Part shown: positions 52,684-64,000 of the stretch, piece by piece
Numbering within the stretch: position 1 is the first letter of the stretch
Layout: every line of letters starts with the position of its first letter
Assembly: GCA_951406725.2 (NCBI GenBank)
Contig: OX597833.1
Span: 46,190,001-46,254,000, forward strand
From: Octopus vulgaris
Taxonomy: Eukaryota
Direction: 5' to 3'
DNA: 64,000 nt
Translations under genes and position numbers: made by a program
Notes under the pieces: model-generated
The model's database searches: none
Seen by the model: the letters and a program-made list of their open reading frames with translations, nothing else
Told to the model about the DNA's origin: nothing

Positions 52684-54120
52684 CCTATTTCTTTACTACC
52701 CACAAGGGGCTAAACACAGAAGGGACCAACAAGGACAGATAAACGGATTAAGTCGATTATATCGACTCCAGTGCGTAACTGGTACTTATTTAATCGACCC
52801 CGAAAGGATGAAAGGCAAAGTCGACCTCGGCGGAATTTGAACTCAGAACGTAGCGGCAGACGAAATACTGCTGAGCATTTCGCCCGGCGTGCTAACGTTT
52901 CTTGTTTCTTTATTGCCCACAAGATGCTAAACATAGAGGGGAGAAACAAGGACAGACAAAGGGATTAAGTTGATTATATCGAACCCAGTGCGTAACTGGT
53001 ACTTAATTTATTGACCCCGAAAGGATAAAAGGCAAAATCAACATCGGTGGAGTTTGAACTTAGAACGTAAAGACAGACGAAATACTTATTCCTTTACTAC
53101 CTACAAGGGGCTAAACACAGAAGGGACCAACAAGGACAGATAAACGGATTAAGTCGATTATATCGACTCCAGTGCGTAACTGGTACTTATTTAATCGACC
53201 CCGAAAGGATGAAAGGCAAAGTCGACCTCGGCGGAATTTGAACTCAGAACGTAGCGGCAGACGAAATACTGCTGAGCATTTCGCCCGGCGTGCTAACGTT
53301 TCTTGTTTCTTTATTGCCCACAAGATGCTAAACATAGAGGGGAGAAACAAGGACAGACAAAGGGATTAAGTTGATTATATCGAACCCAGTGCGTAACTGG
53401 TACTTAATTTATTGACCCCGAAAGGATAAAAGGCAAAATCAACATCGGTGGAGTTTGAACTTAGAACGTAAAGACAGACGAAATACTTATTCCTTTACTA
53501 CCTACAAGGGGCTAAACACAGAAGGGACCAACAAGGACAGATAAACGGATTAAGTCGATTATATCGACTCCAGTGCGTAACTGGTACTTATTTAATCGAC
53601 CCCGAAAGGATGAAAGGCAAAGTCGACCTCGGCGGAATTTGAACTCAGAACGTAGCGGCAGACGAAATACTGCTGAGCATTTCGCCCGGCGTGCTAACGT
53701 TTCTTCTTTCTTTATTGCCCACAAGATGCTAAACATAGAGGGGAGAAACAAGGACAGACAAAGGGATTAAGTTGATTATATCGAACCCAGTGCGTAACTG
53801 GTACTTAATTTATTGACCCCGAAAGGATAAAAGGCAAAATCAACATCGGTGGAGTTTGAACTTAGAACGTAAAGACAGACGAAATACTTATTCCTTTACT
53901 ACCTACAAGGGGCTAAACACAGAAGGGACAAACAAGGACAGATAAACGGATTAAGTCGATTATATCGACTGCAGTGCGTAACTGGTACTTATTTAATCGA
54001 CCACGAAAGGATGAAAGGCAAAGTCGACCTCAGCGGAATTTGAACTCAGAACGTAGTGACAGACGAAATACTGCTGAGGATTTCGCCCGGCGTGCTAACG
54101 ATTCTGCCAGTTCGCTGCCT
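52684..54120 (-). repeat. SINE family B heptamer with a 401-bp higher-order repeat
   Basis: Near-identical ORFs recur at 52710, 53111 and 53512 (spacing 401); two alternating unit types; single head near 54120. Confidence 0.93.
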
Positions 54121-54654
54121 CTAAAATTATCACCAAAATTCTGGCCATCACTATCCTAAGAGGAATACGAACCCAAGTTTGATCGCATGGGCTCTCTAAA
54201 CAGAATGCGTTCGACTCATCATCCTCAGCAAACAATGATGACCTATATCTTAGTAATAACACAAGACGTGGTATAATTTTGGGCTATGTGATTATGAAGT
54301 ACGCTTTGCAAACACCTGCTTTTGGGGTTCAGTCCCACTGCACGGCACCATGGACAAGTGACACGCGGTTTGATACAATGACGCCCCTACGATTCCACCA
54401 GCAATCGAAGACATCAAGGGAAGAAAAATATCCATACACACCCTGTGTCACCGTCGTCACATTCGTTGTTGCTTACCAACCACAAGTCAGATTTATCAAG
54501 CGGACACAGGATTACATCTCACCCCATCTATGAACGTCCGATTATTATTGTTGACCCTTTTGAGATAAAAGATGCTTTGGTATGTGAAGCCAAAAATATC
54601 ATTTATCATTTTTTTTTTTTTTGCATTGAGATATATTTACTGAAAGACGATCTC

Positions 54655-55227
54655 TTTTCTACTCAAGGCACAAGACTCGAAATTTTTGGGAAGGGTGCCA
54701 GTCGATTAGATCGGCTCCAGTACGCAACTCGTACTTTATTTATCGACCCCGGGAGGATAAAAAGCAAAGTCGACCTCAGCGGAATTTGAACTCAGAACGT
54801 AACGGCAGACTAAATACCTATTTCTTTACTACCCATAAGTGGTTAAACATAGAGGGGACAAACAAGGACAGACATAGGTATTAAGTCGATTACATCGACC
54901 CCAGTGCGTAACTGGTACTTATTTAATCCACCCCGAAAGGATGAAAGGCAAAGTCGACCTCTGCGGAATTTGAACTCAGAACGTAAAGACAGACGAAATA
55001 CCTATTTCTTTACTACCCACAAGGGGTTAAACATAGAGGAGACAAACAAGGACAGACAAATGGATTAAGTCGATTACATCGACCCCAGTGCGTAACTGGT
55101 ACTTAATTTATCGACCCCGAAAGGATGAAAGGCAAAGTCGACCTCGGCGGAATTTGAACCCAGAACGTGAAGACAGACGAAATACTGCAAAGCATTTCGC
55201 CCGGCGTGCTAACGTTTCTGCCAGCTC
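54655..55227 (-). mobile_element. SINE family B trimer
   Basis: Three cores joined by GAAATAG|GTATTT junctions. Confidence 0.88.
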
Positions 55228-55885
55228 GATCTCTGATTAGCTATTACTCTTCAAAACCAACCATTCACAACGTTTGTTCCATTGGGCAAATGGGTCAACC
55301 TCAAAGTCCTTTCAGTTTCTATCACTTGGGTCGATTAATCTGCCTGGGTGTCCTAAGAGGATTAATTTTTATTGTTTTTTTTAGACACAATGCATCTTGA
55401 ATTACATTATCTTAGGTGTCCTTTAAAGATTGTGCGGTATAATTTGAGTGACGTTCAGCTGCTAGTTCTAACAAATCAAACGACCACGTAGGATCTCCTT
55501 CGTTAGCTTTATGTGGGACAGTCTTAAAGAAGTTGAAGGTAAATACTTGCAGTTTAAAAATAAAAAATGCTGAGAGTAAACCCTGATGATGTAGTCTTAC
55601 ATACAGGGTGTCCCAGAATTAACTATTTCAATGAAATCGGACAAGTTTTAAGGCGGCGAGCTGGCAGAAACGTTAGCACGTTGGGCGAAATGTTTAGCAG
55701 CATTTCATCTGTTTTTACGTTTTTAATTCAAATTCCGCTAAGGTCGACTTTGCCTTTCATCCTTTCAGGGTCGATAAATTAAGTACCAGTTGTGTACTGG
55801 GGTCGAGAATGAGGGCAATACTCTGATCACTAGATCGTGCGCCTTCACTCTGTAGTCATTCGACATGGTAGAAATAAAGACAAAA

Positions 55886-56307
55886 AAGGCGGCGAGCTGG
55901 TAGAAACGTTAGCACGCCGGGCGAAATGCTTAGCGGTATTTCGTATGACGTTACGTTCTGAGTTCAAATTCCGCCGACGTCGACTTTGCCTTTCATCCTT
56001 ACGGGGTCGATAAATTAAGTACCAGTTGCGCACTGGGTTCCATGTAATCGACTTAATACCTATGTCTGTCCTTGTTTGTCCCCTCTGTGTTTAGTCCCTT
56101 GTGGGTAGTAAAGAAATAGATATTTCGAGTGACGTTACGATCTGAGATCAAATTCCGCCGAGATCGACTTTGCCTTTCATCCTTTCGGAGTCGATAAATT
56201 AAGAACCAGTTACGCACTGGAGTCGATCCCTAACCCTACTCGACTTAATCCCTATGTCCTTGTTTGTCCCCTCTATGTTTAACCCCCTTGTGGGCAATAA
56301 AGAAATA
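55886..56307 (+). mobile_element. SINE family B dimer with a 16-bp TSD
   Basis: TSD AGAAATAAAGACAAAA at 55870-55885 and 56308-56323. Confidence 0.9.
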
Positions 56308-56359
56308 AGAAATAAAGACAAAATTCCCCTAAAATCACATAAGCTATCAGCTGAAAAGC

Positions 56360-56390
<31 letters not shown>

Positions 56391-56844
56391 AAGAACGAAA
56401 GAATCATTTGATAATGAAGTGCTACATCTATTGGGTGTGGCGGGAAAGGACGAGTTGGCCACAACTGGAACACCTGTGAGCATAAAGCTACCCCATCAGT
56501 GCTGCTATTGATCCGAAAAATAACAACTACAACAAAAACAGTAACAACTCCAACAATATAATTTATTCAGTAATTCAAAATATAAAACTTAAAGTATTTC
56601 CGTTTTATGGAATCGCAGTAGGAGGTTTCTTCAAGTTCTTTTATCGCTCCAGGGATTTATGTAAACTTGTAAATTTATGTCGGTGATACCTAGATCTGTA
56701 ACCATCGGACTTCTTAAACACCCAGAATAACATAAATAACGTTGTTCTTTCTTTATATTTTTATGAATTTTTCTCATAGTATGGCTAATTTAACAGAAAA
56801 AGTTCAAAGATTTCAAAAGAGAAAATATTTTTTCCGCCAACTCG

Positions 56845-57300
56845 ACCACCATAACGAGCACCACAGTCACCACCACCACCACCACCACCAATACCACCAA
56901 CACAATCATCAATGCCACGACGATCACCACCAAACCACCACCGCCACTATTACCAAAATCACCAACACCCAGACCACCACCATCATCAAGGACACCACCA
57001 CCACCACAATCATCAAAGCCACCACTACTATTACCCATACCACCCCATCACCAAAATCACCAACAACCAGACCACCACCATCACCAAAACCACCACCACC
57101 ACCACAATCATCAAAGCCACCACTACTATTACCCATACCACCCCATCACCAAAATCACCAACAACCAGACCACCATCATCACCAAAAACACCACCACCAC
57201 CACCACCATCGCCACCAAAACTAAAACCACCATCACCAAAACCACCACCACCACCACCACCAAAACCATCACCAAAGCCACCACCACCACCACCATCACT
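56845..57300. repeat. Degenerate (CAC)n tract with an internal ~98-bp duplication
   Basis: CACAATCATCAAAGCCACCACTACTATTACCCATACCACCCCATCACCAAAATCACCAACAACCAGACC occurs twice (~57005 and ~57103). Confidence 0.85.
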
Positions 57301-57654
57301 ATCTTCAAACGACGACGATCAAAAATGTTACACCACTTCGATAAACACCGCTTAAAACTCTACCCGCCACCCTCACCGAAATTTAAGAACAACATCGCCA
57401 CCGTAACTGCCGTCACACACTAACATCCGAACCACCTCAAAGCATTTCGATTCTATACAATGAACCAATAAAATGGGTTGAATAATCCTTTTAATATATA
57501 CAAATGGCATTTATGTTTTACATCGACGTATTTATATGTGAGTGTGTCGAGTGTGGGGGGTGTAAATACATACATACATATATACATACATGCATATATA
57601 TATACATACATATATACATACATATATGCATATATATATATACATATATACATA

Positions 57655-57701
<47 letters not shown>

Positions 57702-57708
57702 ATATGTT

Positions 57709-57757
<49 letters not shown>

Positions 57758-57783
57758 ATATATACATATATACATATATATAT

Positions 57784-57855
<72 letters not shown>

Positions 57856-57926
57856 AAATATTTATGCATGTATACTAACATACATCTATACATACAGATA
57901 TACATATATACCTACACATTTAAATG

Positions 57927-57957
<31 letters not shown>

Positions 57958-58784
57958 GAATATATATTAATATATACACACATATACAAACACACACACT
58001 TATATATATATATATATATATATATATGGAAGGATGGATGATTTATGTATGTGCATACGTGTTTTTGTTTGTGCGTGTACGTGTGTATGTGGGAGAGAAA
58101 GAGTATGTGTGCCTGTGTGTCTGTGTATACTCTCACATATATCTAAACATATGCATATATTTTGCGTGTGTTTTATATATACGTGTACAAAGAAAAAAAG
58201 GCAGAGTTTGTTTCACATTGCATTAGCAGTTTAACTATGAATCGCATTAGGGTACTTAAATTTTCACAAAAAGTGATGAAAATACGCCTGTGTGTTCGGA
58301 TGTTTGGTTATGAGTGGTTTGGCGTCTAGAGCTTCTAGGAAATTTAGAGTATAAAGTGAATGGAGAGCTGGAGAGCTGCTCACCGATCATGCCTAAGTGT
58401 TGCCAATTTGCGTAATTTACTAGAAAATATATATGAGTGTAATTTCCTAATTTTTTTACTGATTTTGTACATTCCTAATTTCAAATGTTGGTCCTGATCT
58501 TGGAAGCATCGTAATCAATACGGCGTTGTGTCGTATTGCGCCTTCCTTGCATATATCAGTGGGTACATGCAGTATCATTAATCTCAGTCTGAGGATAGGT
58601 ACCTAATGTTAGCTCCATATAGAGATGATGCTCAATTGATCTATCATTATATTGGGATGGGCGGGTAATGTGGTACTTATGTGAGACCAGCTTTGCTCTA
58701 CTCACAGAGTGACATACACCATTCTATGCCTGACTGGCTGTACTGTAGTTGTACACAGTATGTGGATTCTCAAGGCGAGCTCTG

Positions 58785-58852
58785 ATTGGCTGTATGCAAA
58801 TGAGTTCATTACTGGGATCCAGAACTCTCGTGGGAAAAAAATTCGCGGGCGG
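58785..58852. promoter_or_regulatory. Cluster of reverse CCAAT, octamer ATGCAAAT and GC box
   Basis: ATTGG 58785-58789, ATGCAAAT 58794-58801, GGGCGG 58847-58852; motif match only. Confidence 0.2.
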
Positions 58853-58904
58853 GCAGGCTAATATTCGCTCTGAAGGGGGACGGTAATCAGTCACAGGATT
58901 ACTT

Positions 58905-59044
58905 ATTTATAGCTGAGTGAACTGGAGCATCATGAAATAAAGTGCTTTGCTCTAGAAAATAACGAATCACCGGTCTGGGAATTGAAATCCCGATCTTACG
59001 AACGCGAGAGCAACACCCAAACCACTAGGCCACGCTCCTTCACA
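58905..59044 (-). mobile_element. SINE family C, 5' part, diverged
   Basis: Homologous to 5690-5826. Confidence 0.7.
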
Positions 59045-59384
59045 TAATTATAAATCACAGGCTTTCAAACACTCACCGTCTACCAAATTCGCTCAGAAAA
59101 CATTATTCGGCTCGGAGACCAAGATGCCGTGGAGCGGAACTGAACCTGAAACCACGTGGTTGCGAATCGAATGCTCTAACCATGTATCCATGGCTGCACC
59201 TGTATTACTATCTTTCTTATGAAATCCCATTCTTTATTATTTTGTACTTTTAGATTTTTCTCAGCTATATTTTCCAGTTGTGTCTCTTTACATGCTTTAA
59301 TACTTATTTCTCTAAATTCATTTTAATTGAACTTGTCTTATCTCACTTGGCTCCATTCCATCGCATCCTTCCTGTTGTCTATTC

Positions 59385-59913
<529 letters not shown>

Positions 59914-59924
59914 ACACATATACT

Positions 59925-59994
<70 letters not shown>

Positions 59995-60379
59995 TTGTAC
60001 TTGAATATTAGCAGCTGTTTATTTAATATTTTAGTACTCTTTTGCTGTAGCGGCTAATTCTTGCATTCCATCACCATCCTAATTTTTATCAATATTCATT
60101 TTCCCATTACATTCCAAATTTAAACTTAACCTAACGCCTGCTTCCATTCATACCTACTTGTACGAATGGAAAGCATATGCTTATAACTCGAATTCTAACA
60201 AGCTTTTTATAGAGTTACATCCGTCCTCTTAGAAAATTTAATCGCCACTTAAGCATTGCTTCGCCACATTCTCAATCATCTGGAAAGAGCCTACAAGATT
60301 ACGTGTACTATTCTTATAAAACTTTGTTATAAATGGTATAAAACATTATTGTTATAAAACTTAATGTCATACAATATCA

Positions 60380-61240
60380 AGTTCTGAGTTCAAATTCTGC
60401 CCCAGTCGGCTTTCTTTACCTTTCATCCTTTCGGTGTCGATAAAAACAAGTACCAGTTGAATATTGGGGTTGATATAATCGACTGACACCCTCAGCCTAA
60501 AATTGCTAGCCTTGTGCTAAATCTTGATTTCAAATTTTGGCTCAAGACCAGCACTTTCGGGGGAAGTGTGTAAGTTGATTACATCGACCCCACCACCACC
60601 ACCAGTGATTAAGTTGTACTTATTTAATTGACCCCGAAAGGATGAAAGGCAAAGTCGATCTCAGCGGATTTTGAATTCAGAACGTGAAGACGGACGAGAT
60701 GCCGCAGAGTACTTTGCCTGGCGTGCTAACGATTCTGCCAGTTCACCGCCTTAAAGGTGCAAAATATTAATTTCAAATTTTTACACAAGGCTAGCATTTT
60801 CGGGGGACGAGTGTAAGTCGATTACATCGACACCTTACCCCCATCCCCAGTGCTCAAGTGGTACTTATTTTATCGACCCCGAAAGGATGAAAGGTAAAGT
60901 CAGCTTCGGCGGACTTTGGAATTCAGAACGTAAAAACAGACGAAATGCCGCTAAGCATTTCCCTTAGCGTACTAACGATTCTTATTTCTTTATTGCCCAC
61001 AAGGGGCTAAACATAGAGGGGACAAAGAAGGACAGACAAACGGATTAAGTCGATTACATCGACCCCATTGCGTAACTGGCACTTAATTTATCGACCCCGA
61101 AAGGATGAAAGGCAAAGTCGATCTCGGCGGAATTTGAACTCAAAACCTAGAGGCAGACGAAATAACGCTAATCATTTCCCTTAGCGCACTAACGATTCTG
61201 TCAGCTCGTTGCTTTGCCTTGTGCCAAATATTGAAACCAT
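60380..61240. mobile_element. Cluster of SINE B copies in both orientations
   Basis: One plus-strand copy (60380-60520) followed by three minus-strand cores. Confidence 0.8.
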
Positions 61241-61740
61241 TCTTATAAAACTTTATTTTCCTTTTCATATACTTATTTTATTCCCAATCTTATTTAATAA
61301 ATAGAACCAACCTTTTAAAAGCAGAAACCATATACCAGTGTCTAAAATTAAATCAATTCCTTGATAACTGAAGTTGTTACGATAAGTTATTAATTTGCCA
61401 AGCACTTATATCTCCTCTCTAGATAATGAATATTGATCAAGGATATAATTTTCTTTGTGTCTATCTATTCCTCTACTATGAACACAGTAATATATTATTT
61501 CTCTTTCCTTCTTATGACTTTATAAGGACTTTATAACTTTGAAGCAGTGAAGAAACTTCTAATTTATAAATATCAACCGTTTTTCTCTTTAAATGATTTA
61601 TCTAACCACATAGGAATTTATATTATTCATACATTTCTGGTTATCGTTTCCTAATTTTTATATTATTTACTCCTGTCAAGAGGCTTAATAAGAGTGTATG
61701 TTTTTATTCGAAAATATCGATGTCTTACATAAAAGATCGG

Positions 61741-62655
61741 TTACGTCTATTTATTTATTATTTTAAAAAACAATGATAATATATGTATAACAGATACATA
61801 TATAACAGATTATGCTTTACATATATAAAAATGCCAGCAACTATTAAAATATATAACGCAGAACATAGAAAGTAGAATATTTTCTTACAGCTGTTTCAGC
61901 CAAGAGGTCACAATACCCCATTTTACTCTTTTTTACTCTTTCACTCTTTTTACTTGTTTCAGTCATTTGACTGCGGCCATGCTGGAGCACCGCCTTTAGT
62001 CGAGCAACTCGACCCCGGGACTTATTCTTTGTAAGCCCAGTACTTATTCTATCGGTCTCTTTTGCCGAACCGCTAAGTGCCGGGGACGTAAACACACCAG
62101 CATCGGTTGTCAAGCAATGCTAGGGGAACAAACACAGACACACAAACATATTCACACACACTTATATATATATACATATATACGACAGGCTTCTTTCAGT
62201 TTCCGTCTACCAAATCCACTCACAAGGCATTGGTCGGCCCGGGGCTATAGCAGAAGACACTTGCCCAAGATGCCACGCAGTGGGACTGAACCCGGAACCA
62301 TGTGGTTGGTTAGCAAGCTACTTACCAAACAGCCACATTTTACTTCTATTCCTTCAGTGAACTGAAGTATTTGGTAGATAAAATTAAGGTACTGAAGTAT
62401 TTGATAGTTAAAATTAAGGCAGACCCAAGTACATTAATTTTATCTACCAAATACTTCAGATCACTGAAGGAATAGAAGTAAAATGGGGTATTGTGACCTC
62501 TTGCCTGAAACAGCTGTAAGAAAATATTCTACTTTCTATCTTCTACGTTATATATTTTAATAGTTGCTGGTATTTTTATATATGTAAAGCATAATCTGTT
62601 ATATATGTATGTATATTATTATAATTATTTTTTTAAAATAAATAAATAGACATAA
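61741..62655. mobile_element. AT-rich foldback/palindromic element interrupted by a SINE A
   Basis: Left arm 61741-61927 plus 62345-62392 is the reverse complement of ~62429-62655. Confidence 0.85.
61928..62335 (-). mobile_element. SINE family A with a 9-bp TSD
   Basis: TSD CATTTTACT at 61919-61927 and 62336-62344. Confidence 0.92.
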
Positions 62656-62888
62656 TATAATATTTAAAGGTTGATGAATACCACCTTCTGATCCCCTCCA
62701 TTTTCTTATTACCGTATAAATTAAGGGTAAAACAAATTTTTACCTTCACCCATTTATTACATTCAGTAGTGTAATTGCCATACAATAAAACAAACACTTG
62801 TGTATTAATAATTGGGTGTTCTACCAGCAGTGTATTGGATAGATATTATCCCTTAGTTGGTTGGATTCACAACATCTAACTCTCTTGG

Positions 62889-62934
<46 letters not shown>

Positions 62935-62978
62935 GTATTTATATATATTCATACATATACATTTATATATTTATACAT

Positions 62979-63035
<57 letters not shown>

Positions 63036-63102
63036 TATACACACATACATATTCACATGTGCATATGTTTAAAAGTACACTTATGAATGTGTGTGTGTAT
63101 GA

Positions 63103-63148
<46 letters not shown>

Positions 63149-63333
63149 TTCATTTATTTATGTGTGTGTGTGCGTGTATATCAATATGTATCTTTCATTT
63201 ATTTATATATATATATGTGTGTGTGTGTGTGCGCGCGCGCGTGTGTGTATGTATATGTATGTGCGTATGTATATGTATGTGTGAAGGTAGGTATGTATGC
63301 GTGTGTTTGTGTGTGGGGGCGTATGTGTGAGTC

Positions 63334-63403
<70 letters not shown>

Positions 63404-64000
63404 CGATAACTAACCTTTCAAACCGCATAGCTCAAAGGTTTCATGCTGTGCTGATTGCAAACATAAAAGGAACATGAAGGTAAATATATTCTTCACACCT
63501 TTCTGACGTTGCAGGAAATCTTTCGGAACCGATTTATAATCCGTAATAACGCGCGCACGTGCACACACACACTGACGCACTTTTACACGTGCACACACAC
63601 AGATAATCAGATATGCTCGACCGTTTTGTATATTTCTCTCCCTCTCTCTCTTTATACATACACACCTACGCTCACACATACAAATACATACATACATACA
63701 TACATATATACATACATGCATATATATATATATATATATATATCAAAACATAAAGACACACACACACACGCACATGCACACATATATACACATACACACA
63801 CCTTTACGTCATATATCTTATTCCATAACTTTTCATATTTACGTAAAATTCTTCGTTTCAGTGAACTCACAAAGAAATGAATAATTTTCATTATATACTT
63901 ATTTTATGCACATCATAGGTATATATATACAAATTGAGATAGGGGTTGTAAATGCAACCCTCCATGGGATAACATATATCCAATATACTGCTAGTGAAGT

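Noticed and set aside
52684-54120. CRISPR-like regular array
   Set aside because: Whole units repeat with no unique spacers, and the context is a eukaryotic SINE.
54200-54232. Hammerhead-like CTGAGGA..GAAC on the minus strand
   Set aside because: No GAAA and no coherent helix III or stem I.
56742-57355. His/Thr/Pro-rich mucin- or extensin-like ORFs
   Set aside because: Overlapping frames are all open because the tract is a degenerate (CAC)n; no signal peptide or splice support. The same applies to 43635-43861.

Overview
Eukaryotic, AT-rich, repeat-saturated DNA with no supportable intact protein-coding gene, most likely intronic or intergenic. The SINE families and microsatellite density resemble Octopus (coleoid cephalopod) genomes; this is recognition from memory, not a search result. 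Almost every ORF in the track is a translation of microsatellites or SINEs. The window holds about 20 copies of a tRNA-headed SINE (family A), many mono- and multimeric copies of a second SINE (family B), rarer SINEs (C, D), several mariner/Tc1/pogo fossils and MITEs, CR1-like and RTE LINE fragments, a non-autonomous Helitron and several foldback elements. The strongest leads: (1) hammerhead-ribozyme-like folds in short Penelope-type elements beside (TA)n, best at 39242-39279 on the minus strand; (2) a 768-bp TIR element with an 8-bp TSD and a telomeric-repeat core; (3) SINE B multimers that insert as single TSD-flanked units with two recurrent junctions and then amplify into 184-bp and 401-bp satellites; (4) two apparently identical CR1-tail elements with the same 5' end. 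Coordinates were read by eye, so degenerate boundaries may be off by several bases.
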